DNA of 64,000 bases from Octopus vulgaris (GCA_951406725.2 OX597838.1:11160001-11224000), one strand, 5' to 3'; counted from the stretch's first letter, positions 25,860 through 40,246 are shown. Made by a program: numbers and translations. Notes: generated by a model not told the origin, from the sequence alone.

Positions 25860-27075
25860 AGACTAACATAATCAAAGAAAAAAAATCAACAATGTGTAAT
25901 CCTCAATAAGGAGGAGACATTTGGGAGCTGCTCATGGTAAAAAAAAACCCATGGGCACCCTGGCTTTTGGAGCAGGTGCCTCTTTTCTTTCCTTTTTCCC
26001 CAACTACAGGTGAATGCTCAGGGCAGGCTTGTTCACTTGCACCATTCTTGCCTCTTTCGTCCACCTTTCAGCACACTGGTTAGAAGACAACACTTCCCTC
26101 TCTACCCTTATTTTCTTTTTCAAGTGAAACTTGAAGTTGATCAGGGATTGACCAAAGAGAAAAGTGTTTGACTTAAGGCCCATCAGTCTCATCCACCATA
26201 CAACCTCTTTTGCCAAGGCTTATAAACACAACCTTCTCTTCCCAGTTAAAGGAAAGCAGTGGGGCTATCTTCACAATGGATTCAGTTGACAGCCGGATCT
26301 GTCCAACATGCAACAACAGGTGGTCAACATAAAGCCACAGGTCTACAGTGCTCAAGCATTCAAGACCATCTCATCATCCTGCACACATCTTGGACATGCC
26401 TGGCTGACAGCACTTCTACGCCAGTAAAGTTTGTCTCATAGGCAATTTTTGGAAATTATCTATTGATCCCAGGCCAAAAGTTCTCTGGAAAAGAGCATCT
26501 AGCTGATCTTCAATGCCCAAGATCTCACCAAGAACACTGTCACACCTACCCTCTACTAACCCTCTTTAGAAAGCTAGAATGGACATTCCGCTTATCACAG
26601 TTCTGACTGGCTGAGGGCTGTAAGTAGTTGAAGACATTCCACTTCCCAAAAACTCCACCTCAGTCTCTGTTTTACCCAGGACCTCAGCTCTGGGAGATAC
26701 ACATCTGGTGAATGGTGACCACACCTGTTCATTGCCAAGAAAGCATTGGAGATGACATAGCCTCAGCGCTTGTCTGTGCATCATCAACCACAGCATGTTC
26801 AGGCCACCACACAGAGGGTGTTGACAGCAGATAGACCACCTGACCATCAGGACATGTCCCTTCTGCAAGAAGCAGAAAAATATATGCTCCAACAATTGTA
26901 GCCAGGACAAGGCACAACAGTCAAACGGTAACAGATGACGGATGCAATGTATGCATTAGCCACCTCAAGGATAGCTTCCTCTTGGCCCATTTCTGAGTGA
27001 GAGTGGTCACCCTGCTCATTACCTCATCCCAGTTTTTGTCCATCTGGAGGTCTGGACAAAACCAGACCCTCAGTA
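25860..27075 (-). mobile_element. Decayed L1/Tx1-like LINE 3' part
   Basis: Minus-strand fragments VRWSICCQHPLCGGL... and AKEVVWWMRLMGL...FKFHLKKKIRVEREVLS...ERW...HL* resemble the Tx1-clade ORF2 C-terminus. Confidence 0.7.
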
Positions 27076-27264
27076 TCTAATTTAGGCATAAGGCTAGGAG
27101 TTTTGAGTCTTTGACTAGTACTTTGTTGATACCAGTACTTGAGTGGTACTTTTTGTAACTCTCAAATGCAAAGTTAACTCTGGTATGATTTGAACTCAGA
27201 AAGTAGAGAGTAGGAAGAAGTACTGCAAGGTATTGGTATCTGACACTCTAATGATTCACAGCCC

Positions 27265-27369
<105 letters not shown>

Positions 27370-27394
27370 TCAGCAATGAAGAACACAACAGGTA

Positions 27395-27850
27395 CGTAAC
27401 AATTATCGAACCCAAAAGGATGAAATGCAAAGTCGACCTAGATGGAATTTGAACTCAGAACGTGAAGACAGATGAAATATCTATTTCTTTACTACCCACA
27501 AGGGGCTAAACACAGAGAGGACAAAAAAGGACAGAAAAACGGATTAAGTCGATTATATCGACCCCAGTGCTCAACTAGTACTTATTTAATCGACTCCGAA
27601 AGGATGAAAGGCAAAGTCGACCTCGGCGGAATTTGAACTCAGAACGCAGCGGTGGACGAAATACCACAAAGCAATTTCAGGGAGGAGGTTTGTCAATAAC
27701 ATCAACCCCAGTGCTCAACTAGTACTTATTTCACTGACCCTGAAAGGATGAAAGGCAAATGTCAACATTGGTGGAATTTGAACTGAAAATGTGAAGAGGC
27801 AGAAAAATACCACTAAGCATCCTGCCTGACATGCTAACGTTTCTTCTAGC
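27395..27850 (-). mobile_element. Meta-like SINE multimer
   Basis: Three copies of AAAGGATGAAAGGCAAAGTCGAC...GAATTTGAACT. Confidence 0.8.
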
Positions 27851-28226
27851 TCAATACCATGATGATGATGATGATGGTGATTTCAAATTTTGGCACAGGG
27901 ACAGCAATTCTGAGGAGAGGGGTGGGGTAAAACAATAACAGCAGCATTGGTAGATATAAAGAAGACTACAAATAAAACTTAACTTTAAGACAGCCAAAGA
28001 AACAAATATAAAAAACATCATCACTGTAAACAACAACAACACCAACAGCATCAATAATAATTAAGCACAAATCATAAATGAAAAAATTAATTTTGCTTTT
28101 TTTAATTTTTTTTTTTGGTTTTTTTTTTTGCTAAATATGTGAATGAAAGACGAAGCAGAAGATGAAGAAAGAGTTTAAGAAAAAAAGATGGTGAAATCAA
28201 AAAAAAAGAAGGAGAAAGATATTTAC

Positions 28227-28307
28227 TTGGGTGTCCTGTTCAGGACAGACACATCGTGAACCAAGACTAGATTTCTTGCGCTTATCCTTTTTGTATTTTT
28301 TCCACAT
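28227..28307 (-). other. Candidate first coding exon (MWKKYKKDKRKKSSLGSRCVCPEQDTQ)
   Basis: ATG after an upstream in-frame stop, 27 codons, then CAA|gtaaat donor; a further donor CAG|gttagt at 29201. Confidence 0.25.
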
Positions 28308-28579
28308 TTCTGACTCACTGACACAGCGTGACAAACAGATTTAAATGTTTTACTTTCTTCACCTGGTTTATTACGGGGCTTTTTTGCTTTTGTTTGCCTT
28401 TTGTTTGGGTTTTTCTTTTTTCTTTTTTTTTTCTTGTTGGGGAAGGGGATTCTTCTTGTTATTTATAGTAATTTGGTATTGAAAGTGGGGGCATTTTACT
28501 TTTTTTTTTTCCTTTCACATCTGGGATGTTATTTTTTAGGAAGGGATTTCATTTGAAATGAATGATTATATATATATAT

Positions 28580-28633
<54 letters not shown>

Positions 28634-28716
28634 CATGCACTTACACTTGCAATGAGGGTATGTGTGTTTATATACACTTACGTATGTATGTATGTATATA
28701 TATGTCTGTGTGTATG

Positions 28717-28762
<46 letters not shown>

Positions 28763-29457
28763 TATATATATCTAAACGCACACACACACAACTGCACAAT
28801 TATAATGAAAAGTGTGTGCGTGTGTCTGTGTGTATGTGTATATATATGTATGTGTGTATGTATAGTGAGAAGTATACGCAAAGCGATGAGATGATAGTAA
28901 AAGAAGCAAAACTAGAAAGATGATAGAGAGAAGAAAAAAGCTAAAAGCAAAACAAATAAGTGGAAATATAACAACAAAATAAAAGAGTTATGAGTATGTG
29001 CTTTTGCGTGTATGCATATCTATATGTGTGTGTAGTGTGTGTATGTTTTAATTATCTTGCCTAATTAGGCAACCCCCCCCGAAAAAAAAAAATTGGCTCC
29101 CCCCCATGGGGAGAACAACACGATGAAATGTTGAATGTATTGTAGAATTGGTGTATCCTTCCAGAAAACAGTCCGTTTAGAAAGCCGCCGAGAAACTAAC
29201 CTGTATTGCAACAGGAGTGTGGTTATTGAAGACAGCAGCAGCAGCAGCAGCAGCAGCTGTGTGTGTGCTGTCTCACATACACGTACAGACACACACGCAC
29301 ACACACACACACACACAGGGAAACCCAGACACATAAACATATACACATAATCATACACACACACACACACACAGAAACCTCACACGTGCACGCATACAGA
29401 CAGACACCAGAGATTAACAGTATATACACAGGCACTGACAAACACGCACAGACCCAT

Positions 29458-29868
29458 ACTCTTTACTCTTTTACTTGTTTCAGTCATTTGACTGCGGCCA
29501 TGCTGGAGCACCGCCTTTAATCGAGCAACTCAACCCCCCGGGACTTATTTTTTTTGTAAGCCCAGTACTTATTCTATCGGTCTCTTTTTGCCGAACCGCT
29601 AAGTAACGGGGACATAAACACACCAGCATCGGTTGTCAAGCAATGCTAGGGGGACAAACACAGACACACAAACACATACACACACATATATATATACATA
29701 TATACGACAGGCTTCTTTCAGTTTCCGTCTACCAAATCCACTCACAAGGCATTGGTCAGCCCGGGGCTATAGCAGAAGACACTTGCCCAAGATGCCACAC
29801 AGTGGAACTGAACCCGGAACCATGTGGTTGGTTAGCAAGCTACTTACCACACAGCCAATCCTGCGCCT
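29458..29868 (-). mobile_element. Full-length CORE-type SINE (young subfamily)
   Basis: Diagnostic ggcattggtc...ggggctatagcagaagacacttgcccaagatgcc variant. Confidence 0.9.
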
Positions 29869-29889
29869 ACGTGCAGACATATAACAATA

Positions 29890-30635
29890 ACCCTTTCTAC
29901 TATAGGCACAAAGCCAGAAATTTTGGGGGAGAGGGAGCCAGTTGATTAGATCAACCCCAGTATGCAGCTGGTACTTAATTTATCGACCCCAAAAGGATGA
30001 AAAGCAGAATCGACCTTGGCAGAATTTGAACTCAGAATGTAGCAGCAGATGAAATACCGCTAAGCATTTCACCCAGTGTGCTAACGATTCTGCCAGCTCG
30101 TCACCTTAGAGGCATAATAATAATGATAATAATAATAATAATAATTATAATAATAATTATAATAATAATAATAATTATAATTATAATAATGATCCTTTCT
30201 ACTATAGGCACAAGGCCTGAATTACATCAACTCCAGTGTTTCACTGGTGCTTAATATATCGACCCCGAAAGGATGAAAGGCAAAGTAAGCCTTGGCAGAA
30301 TTTGAACTCAGAATGTAGTGACAGGCAAAATACTGCTAAGCGTTTCATCCCAAGTGTCATCAATTCTGCCAGCTCACCATGATAATAATAATAATGATAA
30401 TAATAATAATGATATAATAATAATAATAATAATAATAAATAATGGTTTTAAATTTTGCCACAAGGTCAGCAATTTGGGGGGGAGGGGATGAGTTGATTAC
30501 ATTGACCCCCAGTTTTCAACTGGTACTTATTTTATTGACCCCTAAATGATGAAAGGTAAAGTTGACCTCGGTAGAATTTGAACTCAGAACGTAGTGATGG
30601 TCGAAATACCACTAAGCCTTTTGTCCAGCGCACTA
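29890..30635 (-). mobile_element. Three Meta-like SINEs separated by (AAT)n
   Basis: Repeated SINE bodies and heads (ctgccagctc). Confidence 0.8.
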
Positions 30636-30814
30636 ATAATAATGATGATAATAACAATAATAATAATAACAATAATAATAATAATAATAATATTACATGT
30701 ATACAGAAATAAAGATGTCTTTTTTGTTTTGTCTTTTTTTCAATGGGAACTCTATTAAAAGTTATTATCTATTATCCAACTACTTTGCAAAAATATAATC
30801 CTAACTGAAGTTAA

Positions 30815-31362
30815 GGTGCTTTTACATGGTACTGCACAGGCACTTTTATGTAGCACCACATGGGTGCCACACAGGTGCTTTATCACGGTACTGCACAGGC
30901 GCTTTTATGTAGCACCACATGGGTGCCACACAGGTGCTTTATCATGGTACTGCACAGGCGCTTTTATGTAGCACCACATGGGTGCCACACAGGTGCTTTT
31001 ACATGGTACTGCACAGGCGCTTTTATGTAGTGCCACATGGGTGCCACACAGGTGCTTTTACATGGTACTGCACAGGCACTTTTATGTAGCACCACATGGG
31101 TGCCACACAGGTGCTTTAACACGGTACTGCACAGGCACTTTTATGTAGCACCACATGGGTGCCACACAGGTGCTTTAACATGGCAGGGCACAGGCACTTT
31201 TATGTAGCACCACATGGGTGCCACACAGGTGCTTTTACATGGTACTGCACAGGCACTTTTATGTAGTGCCACATGAGTGCCACACAGGTGCTTTAACATG
31301 GCAGGGCACAGGCACTTTTATGTAGCACCACATGGGTGCCACACAGGTGTTTTTACATGACA
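30815..31362. repeat. 58-59-bp minisatellite, about 9 units
   Basis: Unit GGTGCTTTTACATGGTACTGCACA-GGCACTTTTATGTAGCACCACATG-GGTGCCACACA. Confidence 0.95.
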
Positions 31363-31924
31363 CCACTACAATGTGCCTTATTATTAAAGTAAAAATAAAG
31401 TGGAGAGCAAGCAGAATCCTCAGCACACAAGGCAAAATGCTTATGAGTATTTCATCCAAGTTTATTTTTCTGGGTTCGTATTCCACTGAAGTCGGCTTTG
31501 CCTTTCATCCTTTTGGGGTTGACAAAATAAGTACCAGTTGAAGACTGAGGTCAATGCAATCAACTTAGCACCTCTCCTGAAATAGTTAACCTTGTGCCAA
31601 ATTTTGCTATCAGCATTTCATCCATATTTATGTTTGGAGTTCAAGTTGTGCTGAGGTCAACCTTGCTTTTCATCTTTTCAGCGTTGATGAAATAAGTGTC
31701 AGTCAAGTACTGAGGTCGATGTAATTGATTTCCCCCTCCCTTCAAAAACTACTGGCCCCATTGCCAAAATTTGAAATAAGGCAATGAGGAGGTAGAATTG
31801 TTGGTGTGCCAGACAAAATACTTAGCAGTGTTTCTTCCAGCTTATGTAAATGCTGCAAGCATAGTTGCAGGGTTAAGACAACATGGTCTTAGATGTGATC
31901 CTACTGAGCAAGAATTTTCTGTTT

Positions 31925-32390
31925 TAGGTGCTGGTATGGCTATATGAGTAATAAGCTTGCTTCCCAACCATGTGGTCTTGGGTTCAGTCCCACTGTGCAG
32001 CACCTTGAGCAAGAATCTTCTAGAGTAGATGTGGGCCAACCAATGCCTTGTGAGTGGATTTGGATTTGGTAAATGGAAACTGAAAAAGGCCCTACATGTG
32101 TGCGTGCGTGTATTGTATGTGTTTGTGCATGTGTTGTATGCATGTGTGTGCATGTGTTTTGCATGTGCAGTGTGTGTGAGTGTGTGCACATTTGGCCACG
32201 GTCACCTGATGACTGTTTTTGGTTTGTTTATGTCTCCATATTTTAGCAGTTCGGCAAGAGAGATCAACAGAATAGGCACCAGACTTTCAAAGTAAGTACT
32301 AGGGTTGAAGTGGCTAAACCCTTCATGGCAATGCCCCAGCATGACCACAGCACAACGACTGAAACAAGTAAAAGAAAATAAAAGATGAAA
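31925..32390 (+). mobile_element. Older CORE-type SINE
   Basis: Head, CORE-like segment and tail recognisable. Confidence 0.8.
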
Positions 32391-34074
32391 GACGGCCTCA
32401 AGTTGACCAAAACCTTGTGAGTGATATTTGGCAGATTAAAAGCTCTGCAGAAACCTGTTGCGTATCTTTGGTTTGATGTACATCATTGGAAGATGTGCAC
32501 ATCAAAAGTTTAAACTGGTGCATTCAAACAAATGCATATTTCATGCAATATTTCTCTACCAAAGCTGCAAAGATGCCCACTTGTCACTAACGGCATTGAA
32601 ACTGCTACAAACCAGAGAATGGTCCATTGTAAGCTGATAATCGCAAATGACATATTGATATATTGTTCTCAAAATGCAAGACATGTGGTAAAAAAGAAAT
32701 TTTAAGATATATACACCAGGGAATTCTACCGGGCAGAAAACACAGAAAAAAAAAACCTGTTCATTTTATGCTTTTGAAAATGGCAAATTTACATATTTTA
32801 GAACAAAAAAGTTCACCATCCTGCCAACACACTTACACACAGTGATGTGTCAAGAACGTTTTTCCAAAGATAAAAGAATTTCCTATCAGCGCTAAGACTA
32901 AAATCAGGCAGCTGGCAGTTCCCAGACATTAATCATTAGTCAACAGCAAAATCATTTGGAAATAACCATTTGTTTCATTACTTTGACAGATTCACTTTAA
33001 CAAACAAGCTTTGCAATTAGAATAATTATAGCCACATAATATTAGCTGTTAGCAGTAGCAGCAGCAGTAGTAGTAGTAGTAGAGGAGGAGGAGGAGGAAG
33101 GCAGTGAATTTTAAAGAATCAGTGGAGTACTGGGTAAAAAAAGGGTTAATGCTCTGAGTTCAAATCCTATTGCGATAAACATTGCCATGTCGTTCTTTCA
33201 CGGTCGATGAAAATAAAGTACCAGTCATATACTGGGGATCAATATAATTAACTGACTGTTCTTCCCACCACCACAAATTTATGGCCTTCTTTCAAATATA
33301 AGTAGTAGTAGTGGTGATGGTGGTGGTGGTAGCAGTGGTAGTAGTAGTAGTGGTGGTGGTAGTGATAGTGGTGGAGGTAGTAGTAGTAGTAGTGGTAGCA
33401 ACAACAGCGGTGGTGGTGGTGGTGGTGGTGGTTGGTAAGGCAATGGACTGGAAGAATCAGTGAAGTGCCAAGGGAGAATAAAAAGCCTTATGGTATTTCT
33501 GTTCCGAGTTCAAATCTTGCCAAGATCAACTTCGTCTTTCATCCTTCAATGGTTGATAAAATAGAGTACCAGTCATACACTGGGGTCAATATGACTAACT
33601 GTATCTCATACCACCACCACCACCACCACCACCACCACAAATTTCTGGCTTTGTGCCTTTCTAAGAAATTATCGTAACCAGTAGCAGCAACAGTCGTATT
33701 AATAGTAACAGCAGCAGCAACAGTAGTAGTAGTAGTAGTAGTAGTAGTAGCAGCAGCAGTAGTAGTAGTAGTAGTAGTAGCAGCTGCAGCAATTTCGTAA
33801 TTCATTGAATAATTGGAGAAGATCTGAAGACTCTTCAGAAAGTGATTCACAGTAGCATTATCTAAAATGTTTCCATTACGTTTTTCTGGGCCATTTCAGG
33901 ATATTGCAAATTTCAAAAAGAAAAGAAGTCATTTGCATATGCACAGATACTCACTCCGATCAGTAGGATATTATATACTAAAAAGATGAGACATTTATTT
34001 GTGCTGGCCAAGTTGTTTAATGAGAAGAACCACGTACCAATATTTCGGTTTTCTTTATGTTCAAGAGCCATAAA

Positions 34075-34431
34075 TCTTTTACTCTTTTACTTGTTTCAGT
34101 CATTTGACTGCGGCCATGCTGGAGCACTGCCTTTAGTCGAGCAAATCGACCCCGGGACCTATTCTTTGTAAGCCCAGTACTTATTCTATCAGTCTCTTTT
34201 GCCGAACCGCTAAGTGACGGGGACGTAAACACACCACCATCGGTTGTCAAGCAATGCTAGGGAGACAAACACAGACACACAAACACACATACACATACAT
34301 ATATATATACATATACGACAGGCTTCTTTCAGTTTCTGTCTACCAAATCCACTCACAAGGTATTGGTCGGCCCGGGGCTATAGCAGAAGACACTTGCCCA
34401 AGATGATGCCACGCAGTGGGACTGAACCCAG
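34075..34431 (-). mobile_element. CORE-type SINE (young subfamily), 5' end truncated
   Basis: Near-identical to 29458-29868. Confidence 0.9.
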
Positions 34432-34986
34432 AAATTTTTTTTATACTTTTGGTTTTAAAATTATAAATATGGAAATGTAACCACTACTTAGTAGTTTTAC
34501 TCATCCCAATTTAGTCATTCTTATATCCATTTTTCCGTACTAGTAGAAGACACTTACCCACACAGTGAATTGAACTCAAAACCTTGTGGTTGGGAAGTAA
34601 CTTCTTAATCACATAACCATGCCTCTGCACATTTGTATGAGGTGGCATCAAAAAATTCCTGCACTAGTTCTGTAGCATGCCAACAGATGGCAGCATATGA
34701 TTGCGTGCACAGTGAGAGCTAGCAGTGACTTTCAAGAGGCACCGTGCCAGGCAATTAACAAGGAAAAAGGAATTTTACTTTTATTACTGAAAGGTGCCAG
34801 TTTTGAAAACTGTGCTCAGGAGGAGCTCCCCTATTAGCTACGTCACTGAGTAACTTTCATATATTTCAGGCACAAAGGCACATCATCAGAAGTAAACAGA
34901 TTAGAGAAATGTAAATTTACATAGATCTTGCCATGTTGATTGCTGGGTTGGCAAAAGAGTCTGACAGAATAAGTACCAGGCTTTAA

Positions 34987-35207
34987 CCCTTTCGTTACCA
35001 ACCCGGCTGAAACCAGCTCTGGCTCTGTAGTACAAATGTCTTGTTTTCATAAGTTTTGCATTAAAATCTTCCACCAAACGTTAGTCACAATTTATGTTCC
35101 TAATACTAGCTTAATGATAACCAAGTTATTTTACTAAATTCTTTGTTATATTTAAAATAATTGAAAGAAACACAGAGCATCTCAAAATAAATACAGTAAC
35201 GAAAGGG
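34987..35207. mobile_element. Intact piggyBac-like MITE
   Basis: TTAA|CCCTTTCGTTAC ... GTAACGAAAGGG|TTAA: 12-bp perfect TIR with TTAA TSD, inserted in a SINE 3' half. Confidence 0.9.
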
Positions 35208-35504
35208 TTAAAACCAAAAAATGTACAGGGGTCGGTTCATTCAACTAAAATTTCTTCAAGGTGATGCTCCGGTATGGTCACAGTCTAATGACTGAAACAA
35301 GTTAAACATAAAGATAAAAATGCTGGAATACCTCTGATCATAGGCCTATTAGAACCCAGGGTTAAACATCAACCACTACCAACGTCTATGAATTTCAGCC
35401 AATGCATTGTTACTGGAAAGTGGACGTTAAACGATGATGATGATGATGAAATGTACATTTACAGCAAAAATAGTTATAAGATAGAGAACATAGGTACTAT
35501 CTCC

Positions 35505-35547
<43 letters not shown>

Positions 35548-35561
35548 TATGTATGTATGTA

Positions 35562-35594
<33 letters not shown>

Positions 35595-35595
<1 letters not shown>

Positions 35596-35971
35596 CTCTT
35601 TTATTCGTTTCAGTCATTTGACTGCGGCCATGCTGGAGCACCGCCTTTAGTCGAGCAAATCGACCCCGGGACTTATTCTTTGTAAGCCCAGTACTTATTC
35701 TATCGGTCACTTTTGCCAAACCGCTAAGTGACGGGGACGTAAACACACCAGCATCGGCTGTCAAGCGATGCTAGGGGAACAAACACAGACACACAGACAT
35801 ATATATATATATATATACATATATACGACGGGCTTCTTTCAGTTTCCGTCTATCAAATCCACTCACAAGGCATTGGTCGGCCCAGGGCTATAGCAGAAGA
35901 CACTTGCCCAAGATGCCACGCAGTGGGACTGAACCCAGAACCATGTGGTTGGTTAGCAAGCTACTTACCAC
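35595..35971 (-). mobile_element. CORE-type SINE (young subfamily)
   Basis: Near-identical to 29458-29868; head interrupted at about 35971. Confidence 0.9.
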
Positions 35972-36196
35972 TCCGTGGCCATTGCCAGTGCCGCCTGACT
36001 GGCCCTCTTGCCGATGGCACATAAAAGCACCCACTACACTCTCGGAGTGGTTGGCGTTAGCATCCAGCTGTAGAAACTCTGCCAAATCAAAATTGGAGCC
36101 TGGTGCAGCCATCTGGTTCGCCAGTCCTCAGTCAAATTGTCCAACCCATGCTAGCATGGAAAGGAGACGTTAAACGATGATGATGATGATGATGAT
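35972..36196 (+). mobile_element. RTE-derived non-autonomous retroposon
   Basis: Same family as 11038-11336; (GAT)n tail. Confidence 0.8.
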
Positions 36197-36807
36197 ATAT
36201 AATCTGATAAGATTCATTCGTTAATATGCCTTTATCTATCAGAATTCTTTCATTTAATAGTTGGTGGGATTTTTAGTAGCAAGTTATCTATTGTATAAAT
36301 ATTGTAACAATAGTAATTGCTTGTAATAAGAGAAATATAGACAAAAATTGCATAGCTCTATCTTAGATGGTTTTACAGTTCTTATTTAATGAAACCAAAG
36401 ATGAGTTCTTTACTTTCTTATATTCAAGATGTCTACCTCATATTAAACAGCTGCATATAGAATACACACACACACACACGTCTATCATTTTTGTTGTTAC
36501 ATCCTTTTGCATGCAAGCATTGGTTAAATTAATATATTACTGTGGCATTGTTTAACAGCTGGGTGCTTTCCCTGTCAATAACTCCTACCTGGTTTTCAGG
36601 TAAGAGATCTCTTATTTCTTATTTCACACATCTTTGAAGGTGTGAAGCCAGTGGGTGATTTGCTGATATGATGAATGTTTTGACAAACCACAGTATTGAG
36701 ATCTTCCCCCAACCACACAGTATTCTTAGAAGAGTGGGCTTTTATCGAACTTACAAAAAAAGGTCTCCAAGTGGAACCCATAAAATCCTAATTACACATA
36801 TGATCCA

Positions 36808-37885
36808 TAAGGGTGGGCTGTAAAGTTCATAGGCTGACAATGAAGGAGTGAGACTAGAGTTGTGAAATCTTGTATGCATTAATTTTAATTCTTCTTAGAA
36901 AAAAAAAAAAGCACTCAATACATGCAGTAAAGTGGTTGACATTAAAAAGGACATCCAACTGGAGAATGAATGCCAAAGCAGACATTGGACCATAATGTGG
37001 TTCTTTCACATGTCTTTGAAGATGTGAAGCCAGTGAATGATTTGTCGACAGGAGAAATGATAACAACACCTTGTAGCTCATGATTTTTGGGAAAAGTGTA
37101 AATATAAAAAATAGATACACATGCACACAAACACATGTGTGTTTGTGTGTGTGTGCCTATCTGTCTGTGTAAACCTGTCCTCCACAGCAGAAATGTTGAT
37201 ACGTATTTCTTTACTACCCACAAGGGGCTAAACACAGAGGAGACAAACAAGGACAGACAAACGGATTAAGTCGATTATATCGACCCCAGTGCATAACTGG
37301 TACTTATCTAATCGACCCTGAAAGGATGAAAGGCAAAGTCGACCTCGGCGGAATTTGAACTCAGAACGTAACGGCTGACAAAATACGGCTACGCATTTTG
37401 CCTGGCATGCTAACGTTTCTGCCAGCTCGCCACCCTATATGAAATGTTAATACTGGTACCTCTGCTGAAGAGGATTGACATGCAAAAGCCCTGTGCTGAT
37501 GCCACATAAAAAAACTAATAGAAACGGCTTTGTTTCTTTCCAGGTAAACTGACATCTGACAGCTCAAAGAAGACTTCAAAAGTAACTAGTAGCGACTTAT
37601 CTTAAAACTGGGCAAAATTTGACATCGTGGTGCTACCAAGTACTTGCAGGAAAAAGGTTTAGCCCCGCCCCCGCAAGGACATTCAACTTGTATTGCAATG
37701 ATGATGATGTCGTATCTGCTGCCGATGACTTTTTTTTGACCAACAGGATGAGATCCAAGCACTGCAACATGAATGGAAGTAGTGTGTGGACCAGAAGGGG
37801 GACTATGCTGAAAAATAAACCTTATTTGGTCACATTCCACGAGAGTACATTGGTCAGCTTATGAAATTTTCAACCATTATTCATA
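36808..37885 (+). mobile_element. Decayed mariner transposon with nested insertions
   Basis: Left TIR GGCTGTAAAGTTCATAGGCTGAC, right GTCAGCTTATGAAATTTTCAACC; transposase C-terminus IQALQHEWK*CVDQKGDYAEK* at about 37753-37818. Confidence 0.8.
37203..37440 (-). mobile_element. Meta-like SINE with TSD
   Basis: Flanked by gaaatgttgatac / gaaatgttaatac. Confidence 0.8.
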
Positions 37886-38478
37886 GTGACTTTTTTCAAG
37901 GCAGGTTCTTATTTTTTATGGTTTCTTTTGACTTTCTCATTTTTGGTTCAAGTCGAAAATTAAATTTCAGCACAAATTGTCAGCATTATCAGCATTTCTC
38001 TCAGTATTTATGTCAACAAATTGCACAAAATAGATTCCTAAACAGAAGAAAATCAACGAAAATATTTTCGCAGATTTCTCTTTCATGTTAACTGGTTTGA
38101 TTTTGTGGTAATGATAGGTAGTGGTGGTGGTGGTGGTGTGATTACAGAAGCAATGATTGCGTGGAGCTGGTGATGGTGGCGGCAAAAGTGATAATGATAA
38201 TAGGTGATGATGATGATGATAGTGATATTGGAAGATGAAGTAATGATAGCTCTTCTTCTTCTTATTATTATTGTTCTTGACTGCGGCAGTAGTCATGATG
38301 GTGGTTGTCATCGTGATGAGGAAACTGGTTTGTATAATGATGACGGTGATGACGAACTTATTGAAGCTGGTGATAATGACAATGATGAAAACAAGGACAG
38401 TCGTGACAAGAGTGGTGGTGGTGGTGGTGGTGGTAGCAGTGACGGCAGTTTTAACGGTAAACAAAGTTTCTTTTTAAC

Positions 38479-38511
<33 letters not shown>

Positions 38512-39094
38512 GTATATAAAATATATTTTTAAAAAACCCCAAAACTAAAAAAAAAAAAAAAAACGGACAACAAAAAAAGAAGAGAAACAATAAATATAAC
38601 GAACAACATCAAAGCATCTACGAGCAAATCGAGGAAAATTTATTGATTTAAATTATTGGTGTTATTACCGTAAAATGCGAAAACTTGACTCTTCTAAAGT
38701 GGCATTATCCTGGATTATTACCCACACCCTCCACCCCCCACCCCACCTCAAAGCGATGCTAACCTGGATAGATTATGAGGAAGAAAAGATCTCGTTTTTT
38801 TCAGATAAACACAGAAACATATCTAACTTAATTCCTCGTCTGCCTGCCTGTCCGTCCGTCTGTCCATCCCAGTGGTTGATTCAGTTCGGATGCATAAAGT
38901 CTGGTAAACGGAGACGCGTGGAAATGAATGGGAACTATATGTGTGCATGCGTACGTGGGTGCATATATGTGTGCGTGTGTGTGCGTGTTCGTGTGTGAAT
39001 GTATATATTACACACACACCCATACACAAACACATATATCTACATACACACACACACATATGCATAGATTTATACACAAACACATATACACATC

Positions 39095-39127
<33 letters not shown>

Positions 39128-39155
39128 TTATACACAAACACATATACACATCTAT

Positions 39156-39206
<51 letters not shown>

Positions 39207-39312
39207 TATATATATATGTATATATATATACGTACATACAACCCAAGCCAGCATGGAAAACATATATATATACATATATATATACATATATATCTATATA
39301 TACACACACATA

Positions 39313-39365
<53 letters not shown>

Positions 39366-39632
39366 GTACATAAATATATATACATATCTATATATACATA
39401 TATATATGTACATACATTTACATATATACATATATATATATACACGTGTGTATATATATATATATATACATCAGGGAAGCAATTTTGTTTGCCATCTATC
39501 GAGGCTGCAGCACATATGTGTGACCATATACACTTTTTCCTGAGCATAGGGCTGTATGATTTTCACTTTATTTCTTCTATTGCTGTTGGAAAATGGCCAA
39601 GTTATCGAGAAAAAGATCAAATGTAATTTCTC

Positions 39633-39667
<35 letters not shown>

Positions 39668-39817
39668 GATATCTAATATTATTTAATTAATAATAATAAA
39701 AAGAAAAAAAAAATAACATTGGAAGAATTGTTTTCTTTACACCCTATGATGTCATCCTGAACAATGAACGGCGAAACAAACAAATACATGAGCAAATGAA
39801 ACACACACAAGTGCATG

Positions 39818-39853
<36 letters not shown>

Positions 39854-39863
39854 CATGCATGTG

Positions 39864-40246
39864 TACTCTTTTACTTGTTTCAGTCATTTGACTGCGGCCA
39901 TGCTGAAGCACCGCCCTTTAGTCGAGCAAATCGACCCCGGAACTTATTCTTTTTGTAAGCCCAGTACTTATTCTATCGGTCTCTTTTTGCCGAACTGCTA
40001 AGTAACGGGGGACGTAAACACACCAGCATCGGTTGTCAGGCAATGCTAGGGGGACAAACACAGACACACAAACACACATACATATATACGACAGACTTCT
40101 TTCAGTTTCCGTCTACCAAATCCACTCACAAGGCATTGGTCGGCCCGGGGCTCTAGCAGAAGACACTTGCCCAAGATGCCATGCAGTGGGACTGAACCCG
40201 GAACCATGTGGTTGGTTAGCAAGCTACTTACCAGACAGCCACGCCT
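39864..40246 (-). mobile_element. CORE-type SINE (young subfamily)
   Basis: Same diagnostic variant as 29458-29868. Confidence 0.9.
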
